Part shown: positions 19,917 through 29,173 of the stretch, piece after piece
How the letters are laid out: the number at the start of each line of letters is the position of its first letter
How positions within the stretch are numbered: the stretch's first letter is position 1
Assembly: GCA_965227835.1 (NCBI GenBank)
Contig: OZ245768.1
Location: 1,140,001-1,172,000 of the forward strand
Source of the DNA: Candidatus Saccharimonadota bacterium
GTDB taxonomy: Bacteria; Patescibacteriota; Gracilibacteria; BD1-5; UBA6164
Reading direction: 5' to 3'
Length of the DNA: 32,000 nucleotides
Made by a program: the position numbers and the translations under genes
The notes under the pieces: generated by a model
Seen by the model: the letters and a program-made list of their open reading frames with translations, nothing else
Told to the model about the DNA's origin: nothing
Database searches by the model: none

Positions 19917-20000
19917 TACTACCCAGTTTATTCATCATAACATAGTAAAATAACTCGCAAGTTAGTTTACTATAAACAAGAGAACTAATCAAAATAACAA

Positions 20001-22091
20001 ATGGAAATATTTAAAAAGAATTTATTTAAAAATAAGTTAATACTAACCTCTATTTTATCACTTTTTATTTTCATAATAATCTTTTCTCTACCTAAGTTTT
20101 TTATAATCCTAGATAAAAAAATATCTTATTATTTTTTAAAAAATCAAAATAAAAATTTTGAGGTATCAAAAGAAATAGTAGTGGTAAATATTGATGATTT
20201 ATCTATATCAAAAATATGAAGTTTTCCATTTTCTAGAGAAGTTTATTCTACGCTTGTAAAAAACCTAGATGAAAAAAAAGCTTGAGTAATAGCTTTTGAT
20301 ATAATTCTGTCTGATAATTGACCAGATAAAAAAGTGGATGACAATCTATCTTCCAGCATATTTGAATCAAAAAAAGTAGTACTTTGATCAGCAATAGTAG
20401 ATAATTGACTAGAATCTATAATACCCCCTTTGAATAAATTTCTAACTTGATCCACAAAGTACTGATTTTTTACACCAAACATCCATAAAATATCATGAGA
20501 ATCTTATTCTTTTTCACCAATAAAAAGGTTAAATATAACAGAAAAACTAGAAGATTTAAGAGTTAGAAACTCAAAAAAAGATTTTAATCACTTTTCTGTT
20601 GAGATATTAAAAAAATATTTCAGTAGAGAAAATATAAAGTATTACAAAAACTCTATAGAAATAATACCTTGAGAGAAAATACCCTATTCAAATGCTAAAA
20701 ATAAAGAAATTTTAATTAACTACCTCCCAAATAAAAAATTTAAAAAACAAATATCACTTTCAGATATATATTTCAAAGAATGAAGATTTGAAAGCTTTGA
20801 TTTTGAAAACAAAATAATTCTTCTTTGAGCCACAGCAAAAGGTTTAAAAGATATATTCAACACCCCTAATTGAGCTGATTTTTGAGTTTATGTCCATGCA
20901 AATATACTAAATACCATTTTATCTGGTAAATTTTTAGTTCTATTCAATGAAAAACTAGAATGGGCTCTTTTAATTTTAATTATAATTTTGGCTGTTTATT
21001 TCAATTTAAGTAATAACAATAAACTTGTAGTTATATCAAATTTGGTTTTATTTTTCTCATATATAGCTTTATTTAATATTCTTCTTTCACTTCAAGTTTG
21101 AATAATGCTTAATTATCCTGCATATACTATATTTGCTTTTATTATGGCTATAACTATTTCAAACATAGCCAAATACCTAACAGAAAACAAAGACAAAAAA
21201 AGAATGCTTGGGGCACTTAGTGAATATATATCAAAAGATATAGCATCTGAAATACTAAATTCTTCATGAAATGTAAATCTATCGGGAGAAAGAAAAAACA
21301 TATCTATATTTTTCTCTGATATTGAAGGTTTTACAACTATTTCTGAAAAGATGAATCCAGAAGAATTAGTTGAATTTTTGAGAGAATATCTGTGAGCTAT
21401 GAGTAATATAATAATGGATGAAAGATGATTTATAGATAAATATGAATGAGATGCTATTATGGCATTATGGTGAGTATTTGGTCACGAAAACAAATCTAAT
21501 TATGATAATTGTATTTCTGCTTTGAAACAACAGAAAGCTTTAGAAAAACTAAATGTAGCTTGGGAAAAAATATTTGGGCAGAAGCTAAATATTAGGATGT
21601 GATTAAATTTTTGAGAAGCTATTGTTTGAAATATATGAGCTAAAGGAAGAAAAATGGAATTTACAGCTCTTTGAGATTCTGTTAATTTAGCTTCCAGACT
21701 TGAGTCTATAAACAAAAAATATGGAACAAGTATATGTGTTTCTCAAAGTGTTTATAATAACCAAAAAGATAATTTTGAATTTAGATATTTAGATAAAATA
21801 AGAGTAAAAGGGAAAGAAATAGCTACTGATATATATGAACTAGTATGAGAAAAATCTCTTGTATCTGATTTCAAGATGGATATTGCAAGAAGGTTTAAAG
21901 AAGCCATATGATTTTATTTGAAGAGGGATTTTGGGAAAGCTAAAGATATATTTCAAGATTTATCAAACTTGTGAGATAAACCAAGTAGTGTTTATTTGGA
22001 TAGGTGTATTATGTATACAAAAACTCCACCACCTGAAAATTGGGATGGAGTTTGGAATATGGATTCTAAGTAGAGTAAAGCTTATAAAATA
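20001..22091 (+). CDS. CHASE2 sensor domain / class III adenylate-guanylate cyclase, 696 aa as read in frame; apparent 1-nt frameshift near the 3' end
   Basis: N-terminal TM, periplasmic CHASE2-like region ([29 protein letters not shown]), a TM cluster, then cyclase motifs [38 protein letters not shown] and [13 protein letters not shown]. Frame 0 checked to 22020. After the A4 run at 22019-22022 the conserved-looking tail [16 protein letters not shown] lies in another frame (ends 22072). Confidence 0.85.
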
Positions 22092-22130
22092 GATTTTATT
22101 ACAATTTACCCTAAATTTTAGTATATGCTT

Positions 22131-22154
22131 TCAACAGAAGGCTTTAGCCTTTTG
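22131..22154. repeat. REP-like palindromic element, copy 3 (core only)
   Basis: TCAACAGAAGGCTTTAGCCTTTTG, just downstream of the cyclase gene. Confidence 0.6.
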
Positions 22155-22234
22155 TCCATTGGTCCATTTCTGATTAGATCTAACTATAACCCTCTTTCAG
22201 CAAAACCTTACCCTAACTTTATGGAACAGCCCTC

Positions 22235-22328
22235 AACCTAACCTTCTACATCTATACCTCACCCCCAAGCCCCTCTCCTCTAAGGAGAAGGGAGTAGAAC
22301 AGAAGGAATAGAATATAAATTACTATTA
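22235..22328. repeat. Left arm of the ~90-nt GC-rich inverted repeat bracketing the pilin cassette
   Basis: Outer block 22235..22268 matches the reverse complement of 25019..25052 at 32/34. Inner block 22295..22328 matches the reverse complement of 24965..24998 at 34/34. The centre GCCCCTCTCCTCTAAGGAGAAGGGAG is self-complementary and diverged by indels. Confidence 0.9.
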
Positions 22329-22438
22329 TAAGAGAGAAAACATAGATGATAGAGCAGATGTGGATAAGATAACTAAAAACAAATTAATAAGTTCATAAGA
22401 TTTTATATTTTTATGAGGTAGCAAAAATATATAAATCT

Positions 22439-22678
22439 TTACTTTTCATCCCTATCTTTTCAAACAGATGATAGTATTTCAAATATTTTATTTTTTACCA
22501 TTTCAGGAACTTGAGAGTAGGAGGAAAGATATTCTTTGACTTTTTTGTAGTAGGATACAATCTCTAAAACAGGTCAAAGTATTTTTATTAATCTAAAAAG
22601 AAAAACTCACAAAAGAGTTCAAATTATAGAAACAAATATAGAAAGTACTATGTATAGTATATCAAGAGAAGTCAACAT
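22439..22678 (-). CDS. Small membrane protein, 79 aa, function unknown
   Basis: MLTSLDILYIVLSIFVSIIGTLLGVFLFRLIKILGPV.. has one or two TM helices and 4 TGA. Frame checked. Last gene of the cassette. Confidence 0.55.
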
Positions 22679-22721
22679 TTTATTGAAAATTTAAGATTAA
22701 AATCTAGGATTCTTTCTTCTT

Positions 22722-23216
22722 CTAACTATCTCCTTTTGCCTCTTCATCTTTTATATCTTCAATAGATTTAATAATATCTAGATCCAAAGTTTTTACAATA
22801 GTTTTTATATGTTCTTCTCAATATATGGTTTTTACTAGTTTTTGGTTTGTAAAAAGAGTCAGACTTGGTGTTTTGGAAATGCTGTATTTTTTTAAATCTT
22901 TCAAATCAATATCTGACATCTTGAGAGCTATTCATCAAGACCAAGCTTTAGCCATTAAAACAGGCATTTGTATTAAAGCATCTTTATAAAATTCAGAGTT
23001 TTTTTCTGTAAAGATTATTATAGAATGTTTTGTGAAGGTTTTTTCTTCTCATGTTTGTTTGTCTTTGAAAGTACTACTTTTTGATTTATCTATATGAGCT
23101 TCTAAATCTTCAATTTTTTTTATTACCAAGTTTGATTCTGATAGTTTTTTTGCTCATGTAGCCACAGCATCATTTTTTATTTTTATTGCTTTTTCTTTAA
23201 GAGCTTTAAAATCCAT
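22722..23216 (-). CDS. Thioredoxin-fold-like protein without a CxxC motif, 164 aa
   Basis: ..HSIIIFTEKNSEFYKDALIQMPVLMAKAW...SKTPSLTLFTNQKLVKTIYGEE.. resembles the thioredoxin beta-alpha-beta core with the cis-Pro TP(S/T)L strand, but has no redox cysteines. Frame checked. Confidence 0.4.
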
Positions 23217-23308
23217 AGTAAAAGTTTTTAATTTTTAAGTTTTTATATATCAAAAAGATTATATCATAAAATTTTTTGAAAAACAAGATTTGAGAGAGTT
23301 TTTATATA

Positions 23309-24592
23309 TTATCTAATAAACCAAGAGCTAGCAATATTTTCATATCCCCGACTTCAGTCCCACCATCATTTATTTAATCAAGAGGAATCTATTATAAAAT
23401 GCCATCTACTATCTTTATTGTTATTGTCACCACAATACCGTATATCAACATCAGATATAGTATTATAGTGACCTCAGTACATCAACCGTGAATTTCAACA
23501 ATTTTTATTATCTAATCAAGAAACATTTGATCTGTTAATGAATAAGTCATTTTCAATGCTATGAGGATATCAAGTTATATTATTATGCATTATATCTTCT
23601 ATCTGATTCTTGAACCGTGGTTCTAGTACTGAAATCCATCTTCAGTCTGAATATCTATGATGCCATTCTTCCCATCTATTTCAATTAGTTTGACAAGCTC
23701 AATTTTCTCCAAAAACTTTTAGTGGACATCATCACTGATCTCTAGTAGTTGTTCTTCAATTGTTATAATCATTTACAGGTCATGTGTTTGTAGCAACTAA
23801 TTGCCACCCCCCTCCATCAGTACTCATATCACAATAAACCTCAAATTCATCATTTCAGCTTGGATTTATCTTATAAATTCAATCTCAATTATCTAAGCTA
23901 GATTCTAGTATCCTCTTACAACTAGAATTATATATTGATTTTATTAATTCACTTCAACTTCAACTAATCTTATCAATATCATCTATATGGGATATATATT
24001 CTTCTGGTGTAGTAGCTATATCTAATTCTCAATTATCTTTTATCTCTCATATCTCTTGTACTGGTACATTTAAATTATCTCAACCCCCAGTTAATATTCA
24101 TAGCTTCTTTCAACTTACCTTAACTTGTCTGTCTGCATAATCTATATCATTAGATAATACTTCTCTTCTATTATGTAAACTTACAGTTTCACCTGTTTCT
24201 TCTAGTAATGCCATTAATTGAAAGTTTTTTCTATTGTCTGTAGCATAGTATGAAAAATATGTATTATCTAGTGGGTCTTTACCTTCTTTATCATATTTAA
24301 TTTTTTTTAGTACTTCTTCTCATGCATATCCTTGATATGCTATAGTATCTCAACTAGTTTTAACTTCTATATAGTCATCGGGTATTGGAAGTCTTCATTT
24401 TGTTAGTGATAGTTTTAATCAGTCTCATATACTTTCTAGTTGTACTGTTCTATTTGTATCTCTTACTCATGATAGGTAGTCTGTATAGCTTACAAATCAT
24501 ATTGTTCAGATTATAGCTAATATTGTTACTACTACTATTAGCTCTACTAAGGTGAATGCTTTTTTTGGTTGGAGGGTTAGTTTGTTTTTCAT
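23309..24592 (-). CDS. Type IV pilin-like protein (prepilin N-terminal cleavage/methylation motif) with a C-terminal fibrinogen-like YCDxxxxGGGW domain, 427 aa
   Basis: N-terminus MKNKLTLQPKKAFTLVELIVVVTILAIIGTIGFVSY. C-terminal half SSCKRILESSLDNGDGIYKINPSGNDEFEVYCDMSTDGGGWQLVATN. 428 triplets checked, with many TGA=Gly. Confidence 0.85.
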
Positions 24593-24782
24593 TTGAGGGG
24601 GAAGTTAAAGGTTAAAAGTTTAAAATTTTTTTATAAAAATTTCTACTAGGCAAAGGGATGAAGCTTTCTGCTGAAAGGATATAATGTAATATGGTACAAA
24701 TGGTTAAAGCCATCTGCCTAAAGGAATATATTAAATTTAGGATAATTTGCAATTAAGATTTATTTTGCAAAAATCTTACTAT

Positions 24783-24905
24783 GCAAAAGGCTGAATGCAA
24801 ATATTGTTAATTGAGCAAAGGGCTAAATGCAAATATTGTTAACGGGCAAAGGACTGAATACAAATATTGTTAATGGGCAAAGGGCTAAAGCCCTCTGTTG
24901 AAGGG
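24783..24905. repeat. Tandem array of about 3.9 copies of a ~31-nt unit upstream of the pilin gene
   Basis: Units are GCAAAAGGCTGAATGCAAATATTGTTAATTGA, GCAAAGGGCTAAATGCAAATATTGTTAACGG and GCAAAGGACTGAATACAAATATTGTTAATGG. The last unit, GCAAAGGGCTAAAGCCCTCTGTTGAAGGG, is an inverted REP-like core. More degenerate copies lie at 24651..24740. Confidence 0.85.
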
Positions 24906-24964
24906 AAACAATAGATTAAAAAATAATTTATAGAGTAAAATTTATTTTATTATTCTCTACTCTG

Positions 24965-25052
24965 TAATAGTAATTTATATTCTATTCCTTCTGTTCTAAT
25001 CTCCTCTAAGGAGAGGGGTTGGGGGTGAGGTATAGATGGAGAGGGTTAGGTT
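24965..25052. repeat. Right arm of the GC-rich inverted repeat bracketing the pilin cassette
   Basis: See 22235..22328. Confidence 0.9.
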
Positions 25053-25179
25053 TTGGGTTAGAATGAGTTATTCCTCAGATTAGGTTGAAGCTTTACTCAG
25101 AAATATTCAGGCTTTGGCTTATTTGAATTAAAGTGAAATCTACAAATCAATAAACCGCTAAATTTTTTTCTATTACTCC

Positions 25180-27099
25180 TTAATTATTCAAAAGTATTTT
25201 TTCCTCATTCTCACTAAAAGATATATCATATATACCATTTTGATTAACTACAGTTATAACTCCATCTTTTTCTACAAAAAATCATATTATTTTTGAATCT
25301 CTAGATTCTATTTGTCATAGATATTTCATAGAAGTAGTTTGTTTATAAAATCTAGTATTAGGCTTAAATATCCATATTTTATCTTCAAGTAACATATATA
25401 TATAATTCAAATCATTCCTTGCCATCATTTCTACATTTGATTCACTCATTCTCTTGTAATTATCTGGAAGATCATTTAAAGCTATATTTTCAATTCTATA
25501 AGGAGAACTATAAAACTTTATTACAGATAAATCATCTCTAAGAATATAAATTCAACCATCAATAGCTATACTCAATATAGACTTATCACCCATATCCTCT
25601 TTTTTTAAATAAGGTTCTGCTTTTTTAAAATTATTTCAACTTCTAGAATGCTTAAAAACTTGGTTAATTTCTCATCAGACTAAATAAATATTATTTGCAT
25701 AACTTTTGAGACTCCTTGCTTCTTGCCAAGTGTCTTGGTTTAAAACATCTCTAAACGAAAAACTACCCGATTGTCTAAATTCTATTACTTTTCATAATTT
25801 TGTAAGCAAAATCAAGTTTCATTTTAGCTCTGTAACATCTATATATTCATCTTCTCCTAATTCCTCAAAACTATAGCTTTGGGCCTCTTGATCATTTAAT
25901 ATAGGTCAAACCACCAAGTTTTTAGTAATCAAATAAAGTTTTTTATCAACTCTTAAAATCTTAACAAAATCTTTTACATATTCATAAGGAATTTTGTTGA
26001 TTAAACTTTTATCATCAGCTTGCCACTGTTCTACACGATTAAATGTCTTTTTTATTACTGCTATTTGTTCCTCTAAGACTTTTATATCATCCAAAAATAT
26101 CTTCTTGCCTTTTAGTTCTCTTATTATATCTTCACTAGATTCTATATTTAAGTTAAAAAGCTCTGGATTCGTGTAATTATCACTAGCAGTAGTTTTGTAT
26201 CTCTTAGCATTTTCAAGCAACATTAAATTCTCTTCATTATTTAAATCTTTACTTACACTGGATACAGCTCATGATAAAATTTGGAACAAAAGAATACTTG
26301 CGACAAATATTCAAGACACCAAAAGCAAATTTTTTACCAACATAGATTTTTTATCAAGCCATTCTTCAAAAATTTTGAAACATGCCACAGATAATTTTAT
26401 CAAATTATTATCTATCAATTTCAATCATATTTTTCAAAATTTCTCTAAAACCTTATTTTTCTTCTCTTCTTCCTGGGAATCTTTTGAATACCTTATAGCT
26501 AAACTTCAAATATTTCTAGATAAACTCTCACTGCCTAGTATAAGTTCAATATTTTTGTTTATTTTATCTATATCACCTAGAGAAACAGAATCTGTAAAAT
26601 CACTATAAGAAAGATAATCTAAAAGCCTAGATGGTGCCATGACTAAAATATCCAAGTGTTCAAGTTTTCATTCAAATATATAAGAAAATTCTTTTTTGTT
26701 CTCATTTTTATCTGTTATTTCTATTGTCTCATTTGTTTCTTTTATCAAGTACAGAGAAGATGATCATATATTTGAAAAAATAAAATCATCTTTATTTAGT
26801 ATAGATATAAGTACATTTAAATATTTATCGTTTTGATTATCATTATCGTTTTTTGAAACATATGACTTTATTACACTGTTTATTTTCTCAAGAGCTAAAC
26901 TAAAATCCTTATAACTTCACTTAATACTTATTTTGTCTATTATGAAATCTAATATTTTATTTTCTATAATATTTGCATAATTTTCATCATTGGAATCAAT
27001 AACCATAAAAAAGTCCAGTTTATAATCTAGACTTATATGTTTTATTATTATTTTATTTGGAAAACCTTTTTCTATCTTAAATATATTGTGTTCAAGCAT
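25180..27099 (-). CDS. Single-pass membrane protein, 639 aa; degenerate PP2C/SpoIIE-like N-terminal domain (tentative) plus an extracytoplasmic domain
   Basis: 640 triplets checked. N-terminal DFFMVIDSNDEN.., NVLISILNKDDFIFSNIGSSSLYLIKE.. and LDILVMAPSRLLDYL follow the spacing of PPM phosphatase motifs but lack the metal-binding Asp/Gly residues. TM helix LLLVSGIFVASILLFQILSGAV. The C-terminal ~350 aa look beta-rich. Confidence 0.7.
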
Positions 27100-27227
27100 T
27101 TTACTTTAAAAAAAGATTATTTTATAGGAATTAAAGGATTTTTGCCACAGCCAACTTAATATCAAAATTTTCACAAGAAATCTTTATATGAAGCCGTATT
27201 ATAACAATAGGATTATAAAACTCAAAT

Positions 27228-27449
27228 TTATTTTAAATCATAAAATTCTCCCTGTATTAGGTCTCAATTTATAGTTATTTCAGTATTTTCATCTTTAGAA
27301 ATTTTTATTTTGGTTTTAAGTATTTCTATACCCACATAATTCTTTTCAAGTTTTTGTTTTTCTGCTTTTTGGGATTCTGAAAAAAAGTATCAAACAAAAA
27401 AAGATGTAATTATAAGCACACTTGAAATAAATATTTTTACATCTTTCAT
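27228..27449 (-). CDS. Small secreted or membrane-anchored protein, 73 aa
   Basis: MKDVKIFISSVLIITSFFVGYFFS signal/anchor. Frame checked. Confidence 0.5.
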
Positions 27450-27525
27450 AATTTAAAAAAGCTTATTTTTGGTTTAACATAAAAATACTTAATTGGGACG
27501 GAAAAAATTGAAAACCTAAAAAATT

Positions 27526-27990
27526 CTAAAGTTTTAACATTCTTATAATTTTTTCGCTAACACTAAGCTGATCTTTAGGGCTTTCTTCTAAAAAATTATC
27601 AAGTATTTTTTTTATATCAGATAAAATTTGATTATCTATTGATAAATCAATATTTCTTGTTCATATTTTATTTGGCATTATAATTCTAAGTATAACGGCA
27701 TTATCATTGTCATATACAATTGAGTACCTCAATATAGAACCAAAATTGTAAAGATTATTATCTACCTTTATTCAAGAATCTAGTATCTCTACATTTACCA
27801 AATCATCACTATTATTTTCTATGTAAAATGCAAGTCACAATAAAATTATTATCACAAAACTCATTCAATACTGTTTTGACAAAAATCACCATATTATAAG
27901 TCAAACAGAAATCGATAAAACAATTATATACCATAAAGAACCTCTGTTTTTTCTACTGTCAAAACTCCAAGAATAAATTGATTCAGACAT
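27526..27990 (-). CDS. Membrane protein, 154 aa, two TM helices, function unknown
   Basis: ..SLWYIIVLSISVGLIIWGFLSKQYGMSFVIIILLGLAFYI.. followed by a soluble C-terminal domain. Frame checked. Confidence 0.6.
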
Positions 27991-28047
27991 TTTTATATAG
28001 TTAAAATTTACAAAAAAATTATTATTTTTTTCACTACTTGTAGGGGG

Positions 28048-28413
28048 CTATGAAAAATTATCAAGAATTAACTTTACTATAAACCACGAAAGAGAAGCTA
28101 AGGCAAAACCCATAATCGAAGCCACTATTGTATCTCTTCATTTTGTTTTATCTTGTTGTAAAGCACCAAAAAGTATCTTGTATGCTCAAACTATTATAAA
28201 TATCACAGCTACACTAGCTGCTATACCCATAAAAAAATTTATAGCATAAGTTATCATATTTGGTATATCTTCAAATCCTATATCTCCCCTTCTTAAATCA
28301 TCTCAATTATCACTTCAAAGTATCCCTCAATCTAAATCATTAGAATAAATTCTATTAATTAAAAGAGAGAAATAAACAAAAAGTAGACTAAAAATTCTTA
28401 TTATGTTTTTCAT
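28048..28413 (-). CDS. Type IV secretion system pilin (TrbC/VirB2-like, CPR-type), 121 aa
   Basis: Signal peptide MKNIIRIFSLLFVYFSLLINRIYS, then two hydrophobic helices separated by a short charged loop (NFFMGIAASVAVIFIIVGAYKILFG..QQDKTKGRD..IVASIMGFALASLSWFIVKLI). Frame checked. Confidence 0.6.
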
Positions 28414-28431
28414 TTTTAATAAAATTAATTT

Positions 28432-29154
28432 TTATTTAATTAAGTCATAATTATCTATTCAAGTTTTCATTTCAGTAAAATTATCAAGTCTAGGGTTATA
28501 ATAATCTATTAAAAAGCTTACAAGTTCGCTTTTACTCAGTTCTTCAGCTTTTACTCACATATTTTCTATTCATGTTTTTATAGAATTTGATCTAGAGCTT
28601 AATTCTTTCTTGGTATTGCTAAAATTTCTTAATCAAGCTTTTATGGTTGCTATATCTACTCAAGAGTTAAATATAGAATTCCAAAAAGATTTTACTGGTC
28701 AAAACATTGTATTGTCTCTGACAGAAGTATTATCAAGATTGTCATAAGGGACTATTATATAAAATTCTTTTTTCATTATTTGAGCAACTTCTATAAGTTT
28801 CTTTAAATATCATATATACTCATAAGTTTGATTTTGTAAAAGAGTATTTTCCTGTTTTAGAGCTTTTTCTTCTAATTTTTGCAAATAACTATCTATATCA
28901 AGTTTTTTTGATCTAATAAGTATTTGAATTGGGAACTTTAGTGTATTTAAAAATCTTTGGAAACTAACTATTATAGCATCTTGTTCTTCAGATGATTTAA
29001 GTAAAAAATTAATTGAAGAGCATTTCAAAATTATTCTAGCACTTCAATCTTTCATTAAAACTATATTATCTCTAATACTACTAAAAGCCAAACTCCTTTG
29101 GGTAGAATTATCAGCTAAAGGCTTTTTGCTAGATTTTACAGAATTTTTACTCAT
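28432..29154 (-). CDS. VirB4/TraC-family N-terminal domain protein lacking the ATPase domain, 240 aa
   Basis: FSSIRDNIVLMKDGSARIILKCSSINFLLKSSEEQDAIIVSFQRFLNTLKFPIQILIRSKKLDIDSYL...KKEFYIIVPY is, from memory, the typical start of CPR/Firmicute VirB4-like ATPases (~800 aa). No Walker A/B motif. The ORF ends at TAA 28432 and the pilin gene starts 18 nt later. Frame checked. Confidence 0.55.
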
Positions 29155-29173
29155 ATTTTTTTGTTTGTATTAA

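Noticed and set aside
24783-24905. CRISPR array.
   Set aside because: The ~31-nt units are directly abutting, with no unique spacers between them. The units are mutually diverged and no cas genes are present.
22235-25052. Site-specific invertible phase-variation switch (fim/piv/shufflon type) for the pilin cassette.
   Set aside because: No recombinase gene is adjacent. The arms (~90 nt) are much longer than typical inversion sites. Both outside flanks are 3' ends of convergent genes, so inversion would not connect the cassette to an external promoter. Inversion by homologous recombination is still possible, but it is not the favoured reading.
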